Assembly: GCA_052327205.1 (NCBI GenBank)
Contig: CM126227.1
Coordinates: 24,490,001-24,554,000, forward strand
Length of the DNA stretch: 64,000 bases
Direction: 5' to 3'
Source: Somniosus microcephalus
Lineage: Eukaryota
A model generated the notes under the pieces. It was not told the DNA's origin, searched no databases, and saw only the letters and a program-made list of their open reading frames with translations. Made by a program: the position numbers and the translations under genes. Numbering within the stretch: the first letter of the stretch is position 1; every line of letters begins with the position of its first letter. Below are positions 34,947 through 48,497 of the stretch, in pieces.

Positions 34947-37900
34947 CTAAATGATCCTGGCCGAACGGCGACGAAATTCAGGCAGCGGAAACGGGGCATT
35001 AGTAGAACAACCAGTGCCGGATTGCGGCAGAAGCGGCGTCCCGGGCGAGGCAGAAACGGTAGTCAGAGGTGCAGGCGCGTCAGAGGCCGAATTGGGCTGT
35101 TCGACGGTGGGCTGGTGCATGGCTGGTCTGGCGGCTAACGGCGGTCGGCCGCGGTGAGGCGGTTGGGCAGCCACGACAGGCTCACTCCGATCCAGGTGAG
35201 CTGGTTTGAGCCGGTCAATAGAGACGGTATCAGACTTTCCACCGACTTCGACTGTGAAAAACTTTTCCCCTGATGAGATGACACGAAAAAGTCCGGTATA
35301 CTGTGGCTTGAGTGGGTCTCTGTGACCGTCTTGTCGAATAAAGACATAGTCCGAACTCATGAGCTCTGTCGGGACGTGAGGCCTCTGCAGGTCATGGTGC
35401 GAGGTTGGGATGGGCAGGAAAGTCCTAGCCGCCTCCTGATGAAGTAGAAGCTGTTGAACTGCAGACCATGGTTCGGTGTGTGGAGGGAGAAAGTCACCTG
35501 GTACTCTGAGTGTCTGGCCATAAACCAGCTCAGCCGATGAAGACTGAAGATCCTCCTTTGGTGCTGTCCGGAGGCCTAGCATCACCCATGGGAGCCTGTC
35601 CACCCAGTTGGGTCCCCTCAAGCTGGCACGGAGGGACGCTTTGAGAGACCAATGGAACCTTTCGCACAGGCCGTTCACCTGCGGATGGTACGCGGTGGTA
35701 CGGTGCAGCTTGGTACCCAGGCCTTGTACCACTGCGTTCCACAGCTCTGATGTGAATTGCACCCCGAACCGAGCCACCCACGACGAAAGAAATGCCCTGG
35801 CGACGTCTACTGCAGTGGTAGCGGCCAAGGGAATCGCCTCTGGCCACCTGGTGGTCCGGTCCACCACCGTCAGGAGGTGTGTGAATCCACGCGACCCGGG
35901 AAGGGGACCTACTAAATCCACGTGAACGTGGTCGAAACGGCGCTCAGGCACCGGGAAGTTGGCCACCGGAGCCTTGACGTGACGGTTGTCTTTGGATTTT
36001 TGACAATCGACGCAATTGTTTGTCCAGTCCCGGACGTCCAAATGCATGCCTTTCCAGATGAATTTGCGGGACAGTAGCCATTGAGAAGCCCGCATCCCCG
36101 GGTGAGATAACCCATGGATTGCCTGGAATACTTTCTTGCGCCATTCGACCGGCACAATGGGCCGGGGCACTCCCATGGATGTGTCGCACAAGAGCGTGGT
36201 TCCTGCCGCTTGAAACGGCACGTCTGCAACCTGCCAACTGGAAGGCGGGGTCCTAAACGCTTGTACCTCTGGGTCTGCCAGTTGATCCTCTGCCAGTCCG
36301 ACGAAATCGATGCCCAGGTGGACTGCCTGGACCGGAACCCGGGAAAGGCAATCTGCCACGAGATTATCCTTGCCTGACACGTGCCGCAAATCCGTTGTGA
36401 ATTCGGATATAAACGTGAGGTGGCGCTGCTGCCGAGCTGACCAAGGTTCTGCCGTTTTGGCCATGGCAAAGGTGAGTGGCTTGTGGTCCACGAATGCAGT
36501 GAACGGACGGCCTTCTAGCAGGAAATGGAAATGCAGGATGGCCAAAAACAGGGCTAGCAACTCTCTGTCAAAAGTGCTATACTTTCACTCGTTCTTGCGC
36601 AGTTGGCAGCTGAAAAAGGCTAACGGCTGCCAACCCCCGTCGACCCACTGCTCTTGAACCGCTCCGATGGCGTAGTCGGAGGCATCCGTAGTGAGGGCAA
36701 CAGTCGCGCCCGGGAGTGGGTGTGCTAGCATAGTTGCATCCGCCAACGCCGCCTTGGTATCGCGGAATGCCTGGTCCATTTGCGGTGTCCAAGTGAGAAC
36801 ATCCTTGCCCGACTTTCCTTTTAGTGCTTCGTACAGAGGTTGCATTAACCGGGCCGCCTTGGGGACAAAACGATGATAAAAATTTACCATCCCCAAGAAC
36901 TCTTGTAGGGGTTTGACCGTGAGGCCGCGGGAATGCGGTAACTGCCTCTACCTTGGTGGCTAGCGGGACGGCGCCTTCTGAGGTAATCCTGTGTCCCAGG
37001 AAATCAATGCTGGATATTCCAAACGTGCATTTAGCCGGATTGACAATAAGGCCGTGTTGGCTGAGTCAGGCGAAAAGTGTACGTAAATGGGCCATGTGAG
37101 CTGTCATATCCTTGCTGGCTATTAGGATGTCGTCCAAATATACAAAAATGAAGGGCAGGTCCCGTAAGACAGAGTCCATCAACCGCTGGAATGCTTGCGC
37201 TGCGTTTTTCAGACCGAATGGCATGCGGAGGAACTCAAAAAGGCCGAACGGAGTGATGACTGCCGTTTTGGGGACGTCTGGAGGGTGCACCGGAACTTGG
37301 TGATATCCACGAACGAGACCCACTTTAGAAAATATAACGTTGCCAGCCAGATGAGCCGAAAAATCTTGGATGTGGGGAATAGGATACCTGTCCGGTGTCG
37401 TGGCATCGTTTAAGCGTCTGTAATCCCCGCAAGGTCGCCATCCGCCGCCTGGTTTGGGTACTATATGCAGTGGGGAGGACCAAGGGCTGTCCGAACGCCG
37501 GATGATCCCGAGGCGCTCCATGGTCTGGAACTCAGCCTTTGCAGCTGCCAGCTTGCCGGCTTCTAATCGCCGCGCCCGAGCGTAAACGGGTGATCCGGTC
37601 ATGGAGATATGGTGCTCCACCCCATGCCGTGTGCTTGCAGCCGAAAAAGTAGGCCTGGTGAGCTCCGGGAATTCGCCGAGCAGGCGCGTAAACCCGTCTT
37701 GTGACGGAACCGCACAGGCCACCGACCAGGACGCGGCGGTGCTGCGGTGGCGGGCACTGCGTGGAAAGTGGACGCATTAATGAGTCGGCAGTGTTGGACG
37801 TTGACCAGCAGACCGTTTGCACAGAAAAAGTCAGCACCCAGGATGGCCTGTGAGACCTTAGCTGTAATGAAGTTGCAGACAAAACGCTGACCGGCGAAGG

Positions 37901-38100
37901 TTAAGTTTACCGTCCGTTTCCCAAACGTACGCATGGCAGCGCCATTTATTGCCACGAGGGAAGGCCCCTGGCCGCCGGATAGTAGGTCCAGCTTTGAAGC
38001 TGGGAGGATGCTGCACTGTGAGCCAGTGTCGCACAGGAATCGTCGGCCCGTAACGGAATCCGTAACGTAAATGAGTTTGCCCGCTGAGCCCGCCGCCATA
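34947..38100 (-). pseudogene. pol: Gypsy pol (protease, RT, RNase H, integrase) broken into several ORFs
   Basis: [36 protein letters not shown] zinc finger, HVDLVGP, NGLCERFH. Confidence 0.95.
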
Positions 38101-38159
38101 GCTAACTTGCTGTGCTTTTTAGACCTTGTCGTCCGTCCGGGAGGACGCGGGCTTGTTGG

Positions 38160-38793
38160 AGTTTTTTTTTTTTTCTTGAGGGAAACTGCAAGGAGGCCGG
38201 CAGCATCGAGCTTTGGCGCCAAAACGGGCGTGGTACGCGCACCTTCCTGCTGGGGGAGGGCTGGGCTTCGCTCACGTGGGGGAAAGGCGCCTCGTGGCTG
38301 CACAACATTGCTGAGTAACAGTAAATATCTTGTCTGCCTCTGCAGTGAGTTCAGCACCGTCTGTGATGGCAGTGTTGGCCAATGCCGCCTGAACCGGTTC
38401 GGGTAGCTGGCAGAGGAAAAGCTCACGGAATAAAAAGCATTGGGGTTCCGCGCCCAACAGCGTGAGCATTTGACTCATCAGCTCTGACGGTTTTGAGTCC
38501 CCGAGGCCGGGCATGGAAATAAGCTTGCGTGCCCGCTCCGACTTATTAAGATCAAATACCTGTAGCAAACGGGCTTTAAGCGCTTCGTACTTGCCCTCCT
38601 CCGGTGGGCTTCCAAGGATGCTGACGACCCGCGAGGCCGTGGCACTGTCGAGAGCGGCAACCACGTAATAATAACGGGTCGCATCCGCTGTGACCTCCCG
38701 GAGAGCGAACTGTGCTTCTGCCTGGAAAAACCATGCTGCTGGCTGCTGTTCCCAGAACTGCGGCAGTTTAAGGGCGATGGCGTTCGTGTTCAT
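38160..38793 (-). pseudogene. gag: Gypsy gag, frameshifted
   Basis: MNTNAIALKLPQFWEQQPAAWFFQAEAQF...; CAYHARFGAKARCCRPPC knuckle in a shifted frame near 38185-38245. Confidence 0.88.
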
Positions 38794-39329
38794 CCTCGAC
38801 GAAAGTTGTCCGACGAGATCGGGGTCACCAATGTAGGAACGGAGGTTCCTATCTGAATAAGGCATTCGACTCGATGAATCAAATCAACAGGTTTTAATGA
38901 ACAACGAAGTTAACAGGGAAACTACAGGAGAAATGGTACACAGGTCTATTCAGCTTGCTGGGCACTCGATGACTACTGGAAGATTCTGGAAGCTGATGTC
39001 ATGACGTCATCGCGTTCTTTGCGCCACTGGTGGTCACGTGATCGGCGTCATGACGTCATCACGTGGAGTGCAGGAAAACACAATACAGTACAGTTAACAG
39101 GCAGTTTAAAGGTGCAGTCCGCGGTTGCACTACACTGTAGTTAAAGGGATTATTACCAATTGTTCTGAGACCCTTGGTGGCTCCGCCACACTGCTTTGTT
39201 TAAACTGGTCACTAACACACTGTAATCAGAGGGAATATTTCCATCGGAAAGAAACTTGAGATACTGGAATATTTCAGAGAAGGTTATAAGTCAATTTAAT
39301 CAAGTTTTTGAAAATTATGAAAAGTTTCG

Positions 39330-39655
39330 AAAGGGTGAATAGGGAAAGATTATTTCCCTGGTTTGGGAGTCAGTGACAAGGGGACAATTTAACATCGTCA
39401 ATAGGATAGAGAGAGGAGAGGTTATCAGAAATGTTTTTACACGAAGAATTGTTGAAGCCTGGAATGTTTTGTTACATGGGATATTTGAGGCAGGGATCAG
39501 TGTATCTTTTAAGAAACAAGTAAATAAACATTTGAAGCAAGGACATAGGGCTATGGGGAGAGAACAGGGCAGTTAGATTCATCTTGAATTGCTCTAGCAA
39601 AGAGCCAGCAAAGAATCAATGTGCCAAATGGCTCGCTACTGTGCTGTAAGATTCT
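39330..39655 (+). mobile_element. Old CR1 3' fragment
   Basis: TRGQFNIV...RNVFTRRIVEAWN and a decayed 3' UTR. Confidence 0.7.
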
Positions 39656-39989
39656 AAGCATTAGGTGTAGTATAACCGTAGGTAGTACACAGTCAACAGT
39701 TTAGCCTTAAAGGGCTGTATTCTGCTCCCATAGCGGATTAGCAGCAGATTGGGACTTCAGCCCATCCGTGTGACCCTACCATTAACCCACTCAAGTTTTC
39801 TGGGCCTAGTAAAATGGGGCCAGATAGTAGCGGTAAAACTATTGCCTATTGGTTTACCATGACTGAGAGGGAGGAAAATTCAGTGTCACTGTAGCATTTA
39901 AGCTGCTGCAACTGGTTAAAGAGGCACCCGTTTTTGTTAGGGGGACAGTGCACCAAGTGAGTGAAGAAGAAGCAGCACTGGGTGCCAGT

Positions 39990-41290
39990 AGAAGGAAGGG
40001 CTCCCAGATTTTCTCTCTCTTAGGCAGTCCCTCGGAACCGAGGATGACTTGCTTCCACATTAAAAATGAGTTCTCGGGTGACTGATGAGTCCAATGCGGG
40101 ACCTACAGTCTCTGTCACAGGTGGGGCAGACGGTGGTTGAAGGGGCGGGTGGGTGGGGTGCTTGGGTTGACGTGCGCTCCTTGCGCTGCTTGCGCTTGGC
40201 TTCCGCTTGCTCCCGGCGAAGAGACTCGAGGTGTTCGGCACCTTCGCGGATGCTTCTACTCCACTTTGTGTGGTCTTGGGCCAGGGATTCCCAGGTGTCG
40301 GTGGGGATGTTACACTTTTTCAAGAAGGCTTTGAGGGTGTCCTTGAAGCATTTCCTCTGCCCACCTGGGACTCTGTTGCCGTGCCGGAGTTCCGAGTAGA
40401 GCGCTTGCTTTGCGAGTCTCGTATCGGGCATGTTGACAATGTGACCCGTCCATCGGAGCTGATTGAGCGTGGTCAAAGCTTCAATGCTGGGGATGTTGGC
40501 CTGAGCAAGAACACTGACACTGGTGCACCTATCCTGCCAATGGATTTGCAGGATCTTGCAGAGGCAGCATTGGTGGTACCTCTCCAGTGCTTTGAGGTGC
40601 CTGCTGTACATGGTCCATGTCTCTGAGGCATACAGCAGGGCGGGTATCACTGCTGCTCTGTAGACCATGAGCTTAGTGCCGGGTTTGAGGTCCTGGTCTT
40701 CAAACATTCTCTTCCTCAGGCGACTGAAGGCTGCACTGGCACACTGAAGGCGGTGTTGGACTTCATCGTCGACGTCTGCCCTTGTTGACAGTAGGCTCTT
40801 GAGGTATGGAAAGTGGTTCACGTTGTCCAAGGCCTTGTCGTGGATTTTGATAATCGGGGGGCAGTACTGTGTGGCAGGGGCAGGTTGGTAGAGGGCCTTT
40901 GTCTTACGGATGTTTAGTGTAAGGCCCATGCTCTCGTACGCTTCGGTGGAGGTGTTGACGATGGTTTGGAGTTCGACCTCCGAGTGAGCGCAGACGCAAG
41001 CATCGCCTGCATACTGTAATTCAACGACAGAGGATTACCAATGCTTTAGTCCTTCCAGCAGAGATAAGGTCCAGAATAGGAGGCCCAATAAGAATATCCT
41101 TGCCAGCCATAGTTTCTCTGTGACCTCTCATTGCAAAGGAACAGGCATAACCAGTGCCAAAGAATTTCTATTGGATGAGGAACACCAATCTTGAAAACTT
41201 TAACTGAGGAAGAAGCTAGGCAGGTCACAGGAAGACAAACAGGGGAGGCTGTAGGAGATGAGGAAGTAGGAGGTGACGTGCCAGAAAAAG
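39990..41290 (+). pseudogene. Decayed Harbinger Myb/SANT-like gene pieces split by the RTE insertion
   Basis: EGRAPRFS at 39991-40014; HNQCQRISIG*GTPILKTLTEEEARQVTG..AVGDEEVG near 41140-41280 resembles Harbinger Myb-like partner proteins. Confidence 0.45.
40012..41033 (-). mobile_element. RTE-clade LINE 3' portion
   Basis: QYAGD..GLTLNIRKTK..FPYL..ALLYASETW..QLRWTGH..ALYSEL; C-terminal CPTC..IGLISH; short 3' UTR with (GA)n tail. Confidence 0.92.
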
Positions 41291-42605
41291 GGTAATCTCA
41301 GCATAATATGGATTGTCCAAGTATAGCGGTGGTCATATTGTCAACAGCTATTTCTTCAAGGAGTCATCTAAATAATTACACAGCCAAACAAGCTTCTGCG
41401 TTTTTGAAATCTGAAGGGATGACTTGGAGGAAGAGGCCAGCTATGCAGATGAACAGCTGAGCTCATCCAGTAGCAATTCAGATACAACTACTTGGGAGGT
41501 AGTAGTGAGTCAGAAGGGTTTCCACTGGGTGAAGCACCAGTGACCATGAGGATCCCGGAAGTGGAAGAGAGGAAGAAAGCCATTCCATCATGAAGGGTGG
41601 AGAGACAACCACCTCCAACTGAGAAGCCAATGGACCAAGATCTCAGAGGTCCAGTTTTTTTTAAAGAACTGTGATTTGAGAGAATAGATCTGATGTGCAG
41701 GCAAAGAGATAGTTTCCATGCATATTGATGAGATGGAGAAGTGGGTGAAGTTCATTACACACATTTGCAACACATTGCCAGAAGTTTCTCATGGCATGTA
41801 GAACACCCCAGAAAGACGGACAGTCCAGGAGATTTCTGTGCCAACAAGGTGCTAGGAGGAGCTTGTAAGGATATTGGTGGCTTCTAGGTTGGCAATGACC
41901 ACTACGCCAATACATACTTTGAAGGTCAGTCTGAACATGGCACTTTCACAGGGCTTCCAAAACTTGATTGGGATCAGAAGCACATCTGAGCCTGCGCCCT
42001 GCACCAATGGGCTGGAAGGAGCCGTAACAGATGTATCTGGTTTTCATGATCGTGATAACATGCCTTCTTCTTTAAGCGCCCCTCCAATGCCTACAGATAA
42101 GGGAATTTCAGACTTCGGCTAGCTCCCGTTGACAATGAAAAAGATTGGCAAAAGGAAGTGGGCCCCTCAGGGTCAGCAGCTTCAAAGAGATAAGTCATCA
42201 CTTCTTCAAGGCTCCAGAGGAATCTTCCCATTCCAGAAATATACTTTCTCAAGCACTCACAAGGCTGGCTGTGTCTATTTGCACTACAAGTGGGCTGGAC
42301 CAGATTTCCGATTGGTTTCCTTAGAGGACAAGACACACCCGGCCCCCAGACGCCTGTGCCAGCAGTCACAGCAAAACTGGCTAGGCAAAGTCTTCAGAGA
42401 ATTTTCACAACACAAATCCACCAGAATTTGCTGTGGAGGCAATGTTTCCACAAACTTCAGCCAGGGAATCCAAAATGGCCTCCTCAATGCAATATTTTTT
42501 TTTCGTCTATGGGATGTGGGCGTCACTGGTAAGACCAACATTTATTGCCCATCCGCCTCAGGGATATTGCTGTGCTGCTCATATCATCTGTTATACAAAG
42601 ACATT

Positions 42606-43359
42606 GGCCCAGAAATTCGGGTCTCCACGGGTGAGTACGCACGGGGTACTCACCCGTAGGCCCGATGGAAGTGCCGGTTTCTCGCATGCACTGCGCATGC
42701 GCGGGAAACTGGCACTTCCGTTCCCCTGAAAGCAGGGGTTCAGAGGTTGAACGTGTGCGCAGGAGAGGCTATGCGTGCGCATCGAATGTCTGTTTTTTTT
42801 ACAGGTTTTCCCGGGAGGGTAAGTCTCCAGAAGTTAGACATGTAAAAAGCAGGCGTAAGGCCTGCTTTTTACAAGGTAAGTGGTGAATTAATTAAAATTA
42901 AAACATTTTTTCCACAGGTTTATTATTTTTAAATACTTTAAAGAAAGGTAAGTTTATTTTTAGCCCCGTTAGAAAATAAAATTATGTTTTCAAAAATTTA
43001 AATTATTGTTTAAAATAGTTCTTTCATGTAATTTATAGTTTATTTAAAAAATGTGACTTTTAAAAAAATTTATTTGAAGATTTAGTGATGTTATGGGGCC
43101 CGTAGTATTTCTAAGTTTTGACAGGTCTTCCTGTCAGACTAATTATTGGAGCATTCCCTGCTACCATTGGCTCTCCATGGCCCACCTGATCCCAAGGGAC
43201 GCTTCGAACTAACTGCGCCCCTGGGATATGCAAGCATTGTGCACCGGCAGCTGGAGCAGGCCCCGGATTGGAATCCCACAGCTCAACGGCCGGCACGCAA
43301 GGTAAGTGCAGGTCGGGGGCTTGCACCCGCGGGAAGCCCCCGACCCGAATTTCTGGGCC
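42606..43359. mobile_element. Harbinger-type MITE
   Basis: 18-bp TIR ggcccagaaattcgggtc / gacccgaatttctgggcc; AT-rich centre; TSD not evident. Confidence 0.82.
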
Positions 43360-43619
43360 GATGTTCTCAGAGGTTGGGTTTCGAGTGATAATTAGGATAG
43401 ATTACACTGAGACCAAGGCTATGCCCGCCCACCACCATTTACATGTGGCACCTTCAGCTCTGGGTAGGAGATACCGCAGAATGGTGGGTTTGCAGAAAGG
43501 GAATCTTGGTCTGGTTTTTTTTGGGGTGGTATAGTGACGGTTGACCATGACAGTATATTTTATTGGTTTTAGCACTTGTGGTGATTATTCTTTATGTTTC
43601 TAACATTAGGAAAAATGCT

Positions 43620-44165
43620 GACCGTAAGGGTGACCCCGAGCTTCCGGTCGCCTGTCATTTTAATTCACCGCTCCATTCCCACTCGGACCTCACCGTCCTT
43701 GGCCTCTTGTATTGTTCCACGGAAGCTCAACGTAAACTCGAGGAACAGCACCTCATCTTCCAATTAGGCACTCTGCAGCCTTCCGGACTCAATATCGAGT
43801 TCAACAATTTCAGATCATAACCTCGGCCCCTATTACACATTTTTTCTTGTAATTTTTCCACTCCTTTTCCCCCCCCCCTTTCCTTTTGTTTCTCTCTCAC
43901 ACCTGGCAGCTATCTCTTGCCCTGCCAGTACACTTTACACGTAATCTCAGCCTATTACCATCTCGTCTAGCTCTTTTGTTTCTTTCACTTCTTTTGTCCG
44001 ATCGCAGCCCTGCCTTCGATCTATTTTCTTTTCTTTCCAGTTTTGAAGAAGGGTTCGACCCGAAACGTCAACTCAAACTTCTCTCCACGGATGTTGCCTG
44101 ACCTGCTGAGTTTTTCCAGCATTTTCTGTTGTTATTTTGGATTTCCAACATCTGCAGTATTTTGC
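43620..44165 (+). mobile_element. Penelope-like 3' fragment with pLTR and hammerhead motif (44039-44073)
   Basis: KGDPELPVACHFNS...GLNIEFNNFRS; AGTT-TTGAAGA-AGGGTTCGACCC-GAAAC-GTC-AACT. Confidence 0.88.
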
Positions 44166-44737
44166 TACTGTACCCTTAGATGGTTTCTACTTGAGAAATT
44201 TCACCAGCAGCCAGAACCAGGTATCAATAGTACTACAAATTATTGGTGCCATAAATGGAACAATAACAGGAGGGAATGCTGAATAAATTTCTTGATGAGC
44301 TGCTGGCATTCACAATAAGCCACATCATATCATATTGGTACTGAGGCCCAGTGACTGAACCTGGGGGCTCATTACTCAGCTCTGTGGGAATGGATTTGGG
44401 GAAGTTTCACCATTTTATCCTGCGGCTGCTCAGCTAGGTCACTCTACAATCATAATGGCCGCGATTTTGCTTACCTCGGCGGGTCCGTGGCGGGTGATGT
44501 CAGTGGCGGGTCCCAACCCCGCTGCTGGCTCCATCCCGGCCTTGGAAATGAATTTCCCCTGATTGGGCTTGTTAAGCCCGCCCAGCGAGTTTCCCGGCCA
44601 ATTAGAGGAAGTGGGTCTGGTGACGTCATTTGGTGACGCGTCATCAGCCGGTTTCCTTAAAGGAACCATGGCCAAATTTACTTTGACAGTTGTGCTATCA
44701 GTGTTCTATAGCATTGAGTTGTTGCAAACACAGACAA

Positions 44738-44978
44738 TGACTGCACAGAGATGCGGGGCTGAACCCAGGTTCTCCCATGACTCCCTCCATATGCTTATGG
44801 AGGGAGTCACAGCATGCAGGGAGGTCCTCTTCTCTTCCGATGGGTGGAAGAGATCTCCCAAGGACACCAACACAGCCTGGTTGCACATTGCACAGGAGGG
44901 CACAAGCAGGGATGTGGTCAGGAGGATCTGGGTCCAATGCCACAAACTTCTCAAAGATCTCAGTAGATCACAAAATGT
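44738..44978 (+). pseudogene. Harbinger Myb/SANT-like DNA-binding domain exon
   Basis: MTAQRCGAEPRFSHDSLHMLMEGV..REVLF..AWLHIAQE..RRIWVQCHKLLKDL fits the MSANTD/NAIF1-type pattern. Confidence 0.75.
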
Positions 44979-45263
44979 TAGTACAAAGCTACACTTAACC
45001 TCATCCTGCTGTGCCTCTCATCACATCCCCGTCACTCTGCCTTCCCTACCCTACTCCTGCACATCCTTAATCACACCAACTTACCTTGGACCTCCACCTA
45101 TCTCTCTCTATCTATATTATCACATCCCCATCTCACTAGCCACCCCTCACACTCACCTTTATCCTAGTGCAATCACACCAACTAACAACACGCAAGGGTA
45201 GGCACTTGGGTGTTTTATGCAATGTCCATGTAAAGTTTCTGTTAATGTGGTGTTAAACATTAA

Positions 45264-45971
45264 GGCCTAGAAATTCACTTTGGGGCGGCCAGCTCGCTCG
45301 CGGCCAAAAGTTAGCGCTGGGCGGGGAGCCATTAGCGATCGTCAGATATTCAGTGTTTGTGCCCCAATTCGGAACCGGGCGCTATACCAGGGTGTGCCCG
45401 CCTCCGCTTGGGGTGCTGACACTGAATTTCAGCGCTCTTGGCACCGCTGCGCCAGCCGCTGCGGAGCGGCAGGCTGCGGTACTGCAGGCCTCCTCCTTCT
45501 CTTAAGGGGGAGCTGCCTGCAACGGGGAGATCGCCGCTGGAGAGTGCCGGCAAATGAGCCCGGCACCACGGAGAAGTGCCGGGTTCGCGGAAAGCAGCCG
45601 GCAATGCCGCGGGGGGGGGGGGCGGTGGAGGAGGCCGGGGAAGGAGGTGCGGGCAGGCGGCCGCCGAAAAAGCGGCCGGCCGCACCTTCCCCTTTAAAGC
45701 GCCCCACTAAGGCTACAGCACGGCCACGTTTTCTGGTCACTGTTTGCGGCCGCTTCGGAGGAGGCGGCCGCTACTAAATATGGGGATTGGGCCGGTTTCG
45801 GGGCGGAACCGGGGCACTGCGCACACCGATGACGTCATCGGTGCCGGCGCAGCGCTAACGGCTACCGCCGCCAATACCGCTGCATCAGCGCAAACTCATT
45901 TTTGGCGCAGAAGCCCTCTTTAGGCGGTAACTGGCCGCAAAGCTGGCAGCGCCTTAATGAATTTCTAGGCC
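45264..45971. mobile_element. Harbinger-type MITE nested in the Harbinger element
   Basis: Perfect 14-bp TIR ggcctagaaattca / tgaatttctaggcc; TSD TAA. Confidence 0.9.
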
Positions 45972-48497
45972 TAATACCTTTATTTTCAACACTTTGCGAT
46001 CTTGGACAGATTTGTGTGCACCTTTGGAAGTGGCTTAGTGAGTTGCAGTGAATGGTGAGACATAACAGTACCCCCCGCAATGGTGATGAGTGTGAAAGGA
46101 ATGGCTTGGGCTTTGTAGGGATGCTTTATGGTGTTAGTGTGGGGTGGTGCCAACCTGGTGCATCATGTGGCAGCCATATGGGTGTACAGCGTAAAGTGAA
46201 GTAAATCTGGCCATAATGAGGCCATCCCTGGCTTCCAGGGCAGCAATGTGGTTGGGTACTGATGCCCTCTGTCCTGTGCAGCATCAGTTGATTGCGGAGA
46301 AGGTTGGTGTTGTTGTTGGTGCTGCTGGTGTGCCTGGTGCTGCTGGTGTTGGGGCTGATTGTGGTGGGCTTCTGAGGACCAAGGTGAGAGAGTATAAAGT
46401 GCACTGATGTTGATGGAATAGATGGCAGGTGAAGTAGCGATGACAGAAGCGGTCTGTCAATGGTGAGAGAAGTAATGAGGTCAGATTGGATGGAGAAATG
46501 TGTAAAGACTTGCAGCATGGTGAATCTGTTGTGGAAATACAGTAAGGAAGAGTTTGTGGCTGAGGGAAGATATCTCCTGAGGTGGGAGCTTTTACTTGAC
46601 ATTTGAAGCTGTCAACTCAACAGCTGATTCAATGGCAGGTGACCTCCCGCCTCAGCTTCACAGACATGGTCTAGCAGCAGCGTGAAACCTGCGGGCAAGC
46701 TGTCAAATTCAAAAGGTCAGTTTAAAACCATTGTTAAATGGCTGTAAACAATCCACTGATGATTTAAATTGGCTCCACCTCTGCTGCGTGTCGGGTCTGC
46801 TCAGCACTGACAGACCCAACATTTGGTAAAGGCGCGTGGTGATGGGTTCACAGTGGGGTCCTGACCCACTGGAGAGAAAAAACACTTTCACTCCCGACCC
46901 GCCACCTATTGTGCCTGCTGACCACTCCCCCCCCCACACCCCCCGGAAAATCTTGGCCAATGTATATTTTGTGCACATGCAGGCATGCGACTGTATGTTC
47001 ATGTGTAGTATGCATTTTGTTACACAGGCATGCACAGGAACAGTTTTGACCACTTTTACAATTTAACAGTGGGTAGAATGGTTGAGGTGGAATGCAGTTG
47101 GTTCATCAGTGAGCATAGTGGTGGATCATGCATCCATGCCCCGCTTCCATTGGCATATGTTTGAATTGGCATCGAATCATATCCCTGAGATGGCACAAAG
47201 AACGCACATTTTTAATAGTGAGAAATTGAGATCAGGTCTGGGTTTAATCCCACCCTAAACACCAGTGTGAAAAAAGGTAGAGCTTTTCTCTGTGTCACTC
47301 TGAAAACCATGGGTTCTTAAATGTAATGATAATCTGCGGATCAATCTGCCCTCCTCAGTTTAAATAATCAACAGTATTATTAATAGCGCTAACCAGATAT
47401 TTCACATGTTTGATACATTGTACAGTTTTCACCGATATTCTGAGTTGAACATTGATCACAATAGTTCTGATTCTGGGCATTTCTATGCTTTGCTTTTGTA
47501 TGGAGGAATAGAATTGACATCCACTGCCAGTGATAGTCACTTTCCTTATATTATATGCTAATATGATTGCTGAGCAAAAAAACCTTTGTTGTGCTCCAGT
47601 AGCCAAGTTACAGTTGGGAGCAGTGAAAGATTGGAGGGTCAGGCACAGAGCAACAAATTAGTACCAAATGTCTGCACTTCAGCAAAACAAATGTAATGAA
47701 AAACAAAGGGACATTCTGGACTCCTGTTATTACTATATTTGATGTGTCGTTTTTATACCAGTAGTTATTAAAGATGACATTTGTCCCTGTGTGGAATAAA
47801 AAAACTCAGGATATGTGCAGTTCAGAGCAATTCGACTGTGCTGTTAAAAACAACTGAAACAATCTTCACAAACCAAACTTGTACTAATTGGTTTCTACAT
47901 GTTTCTCACTTACTCCGGGCTTCTGGTGATCACAATGTGTCAGATACACAACATGAGAGAGGTCAATAACTCAATCCCTTGTTGAAAGCCTTTTCATTAG
48001 TTGAAAATTGGGTTTTGCAAGAGGGCTGCTCTGTCCTCCTGCTTAGGCTGCCTGCTCGACACTTAAAGGAAGCAGTGAAGGGGGAATTTTTTTGAGAACC
48101 TTGCTGGTAATGGGTAGGGGCTGGAACATCAGATGTCTATCAAAATGGTGGGGCCCCTTGTTCTTTGATAGTGCTGTATGTGGACCAAATGTGAGGGCCA
48201 AGCTACCATCATGCATTAACTTAAAAGGTTCCATGCTGAAAGTCCCAACCTTGATGTGGGACACTGCCCACAGGGCACACCTCTCCCATATAAACTGGCT
48301 ACACAGGAGTCCTGGGACATCACCTGCTCAAACAGGCATCTTCATTTTTTGGTAATTTTAGTTACATTTTCCTGTATTTTGCAGAGTGATCTGCCATTTT
48401 CACATTTCTTTTCTGCCAATATTTTCCTTCATCATTCTTGGTTGCTGCAGACATTTAACCTGCACTGTGAAAAATGTTAAGAATGGTCATTCTGTTG

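Larger units (their letters stand above)
34537..39190 (-). mobile_element. Full-length Ty3/Gypsy LTR retrotransposon (CsRn1-like), coding regions disrupted
   Basis: LTRs 34537-34896 and 38832-39190 (TGT..ACA; about 10 substitutions and 1 indel by eye), TSD CTGC, PBS TGGTGACCCCGA (tRNA-Trp), PPT next to 34896, order gag-PR-RT-RH-IN. Confidence 0.97.
44457..46958. mobile_element. Internally deleted PIF/Harbinger transposon
   Basis: TIR ggccgcgatttt / aaaatcttggcc; TSD AAT; carries a Myb/SANT-like exon. Confidence 0.85.
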
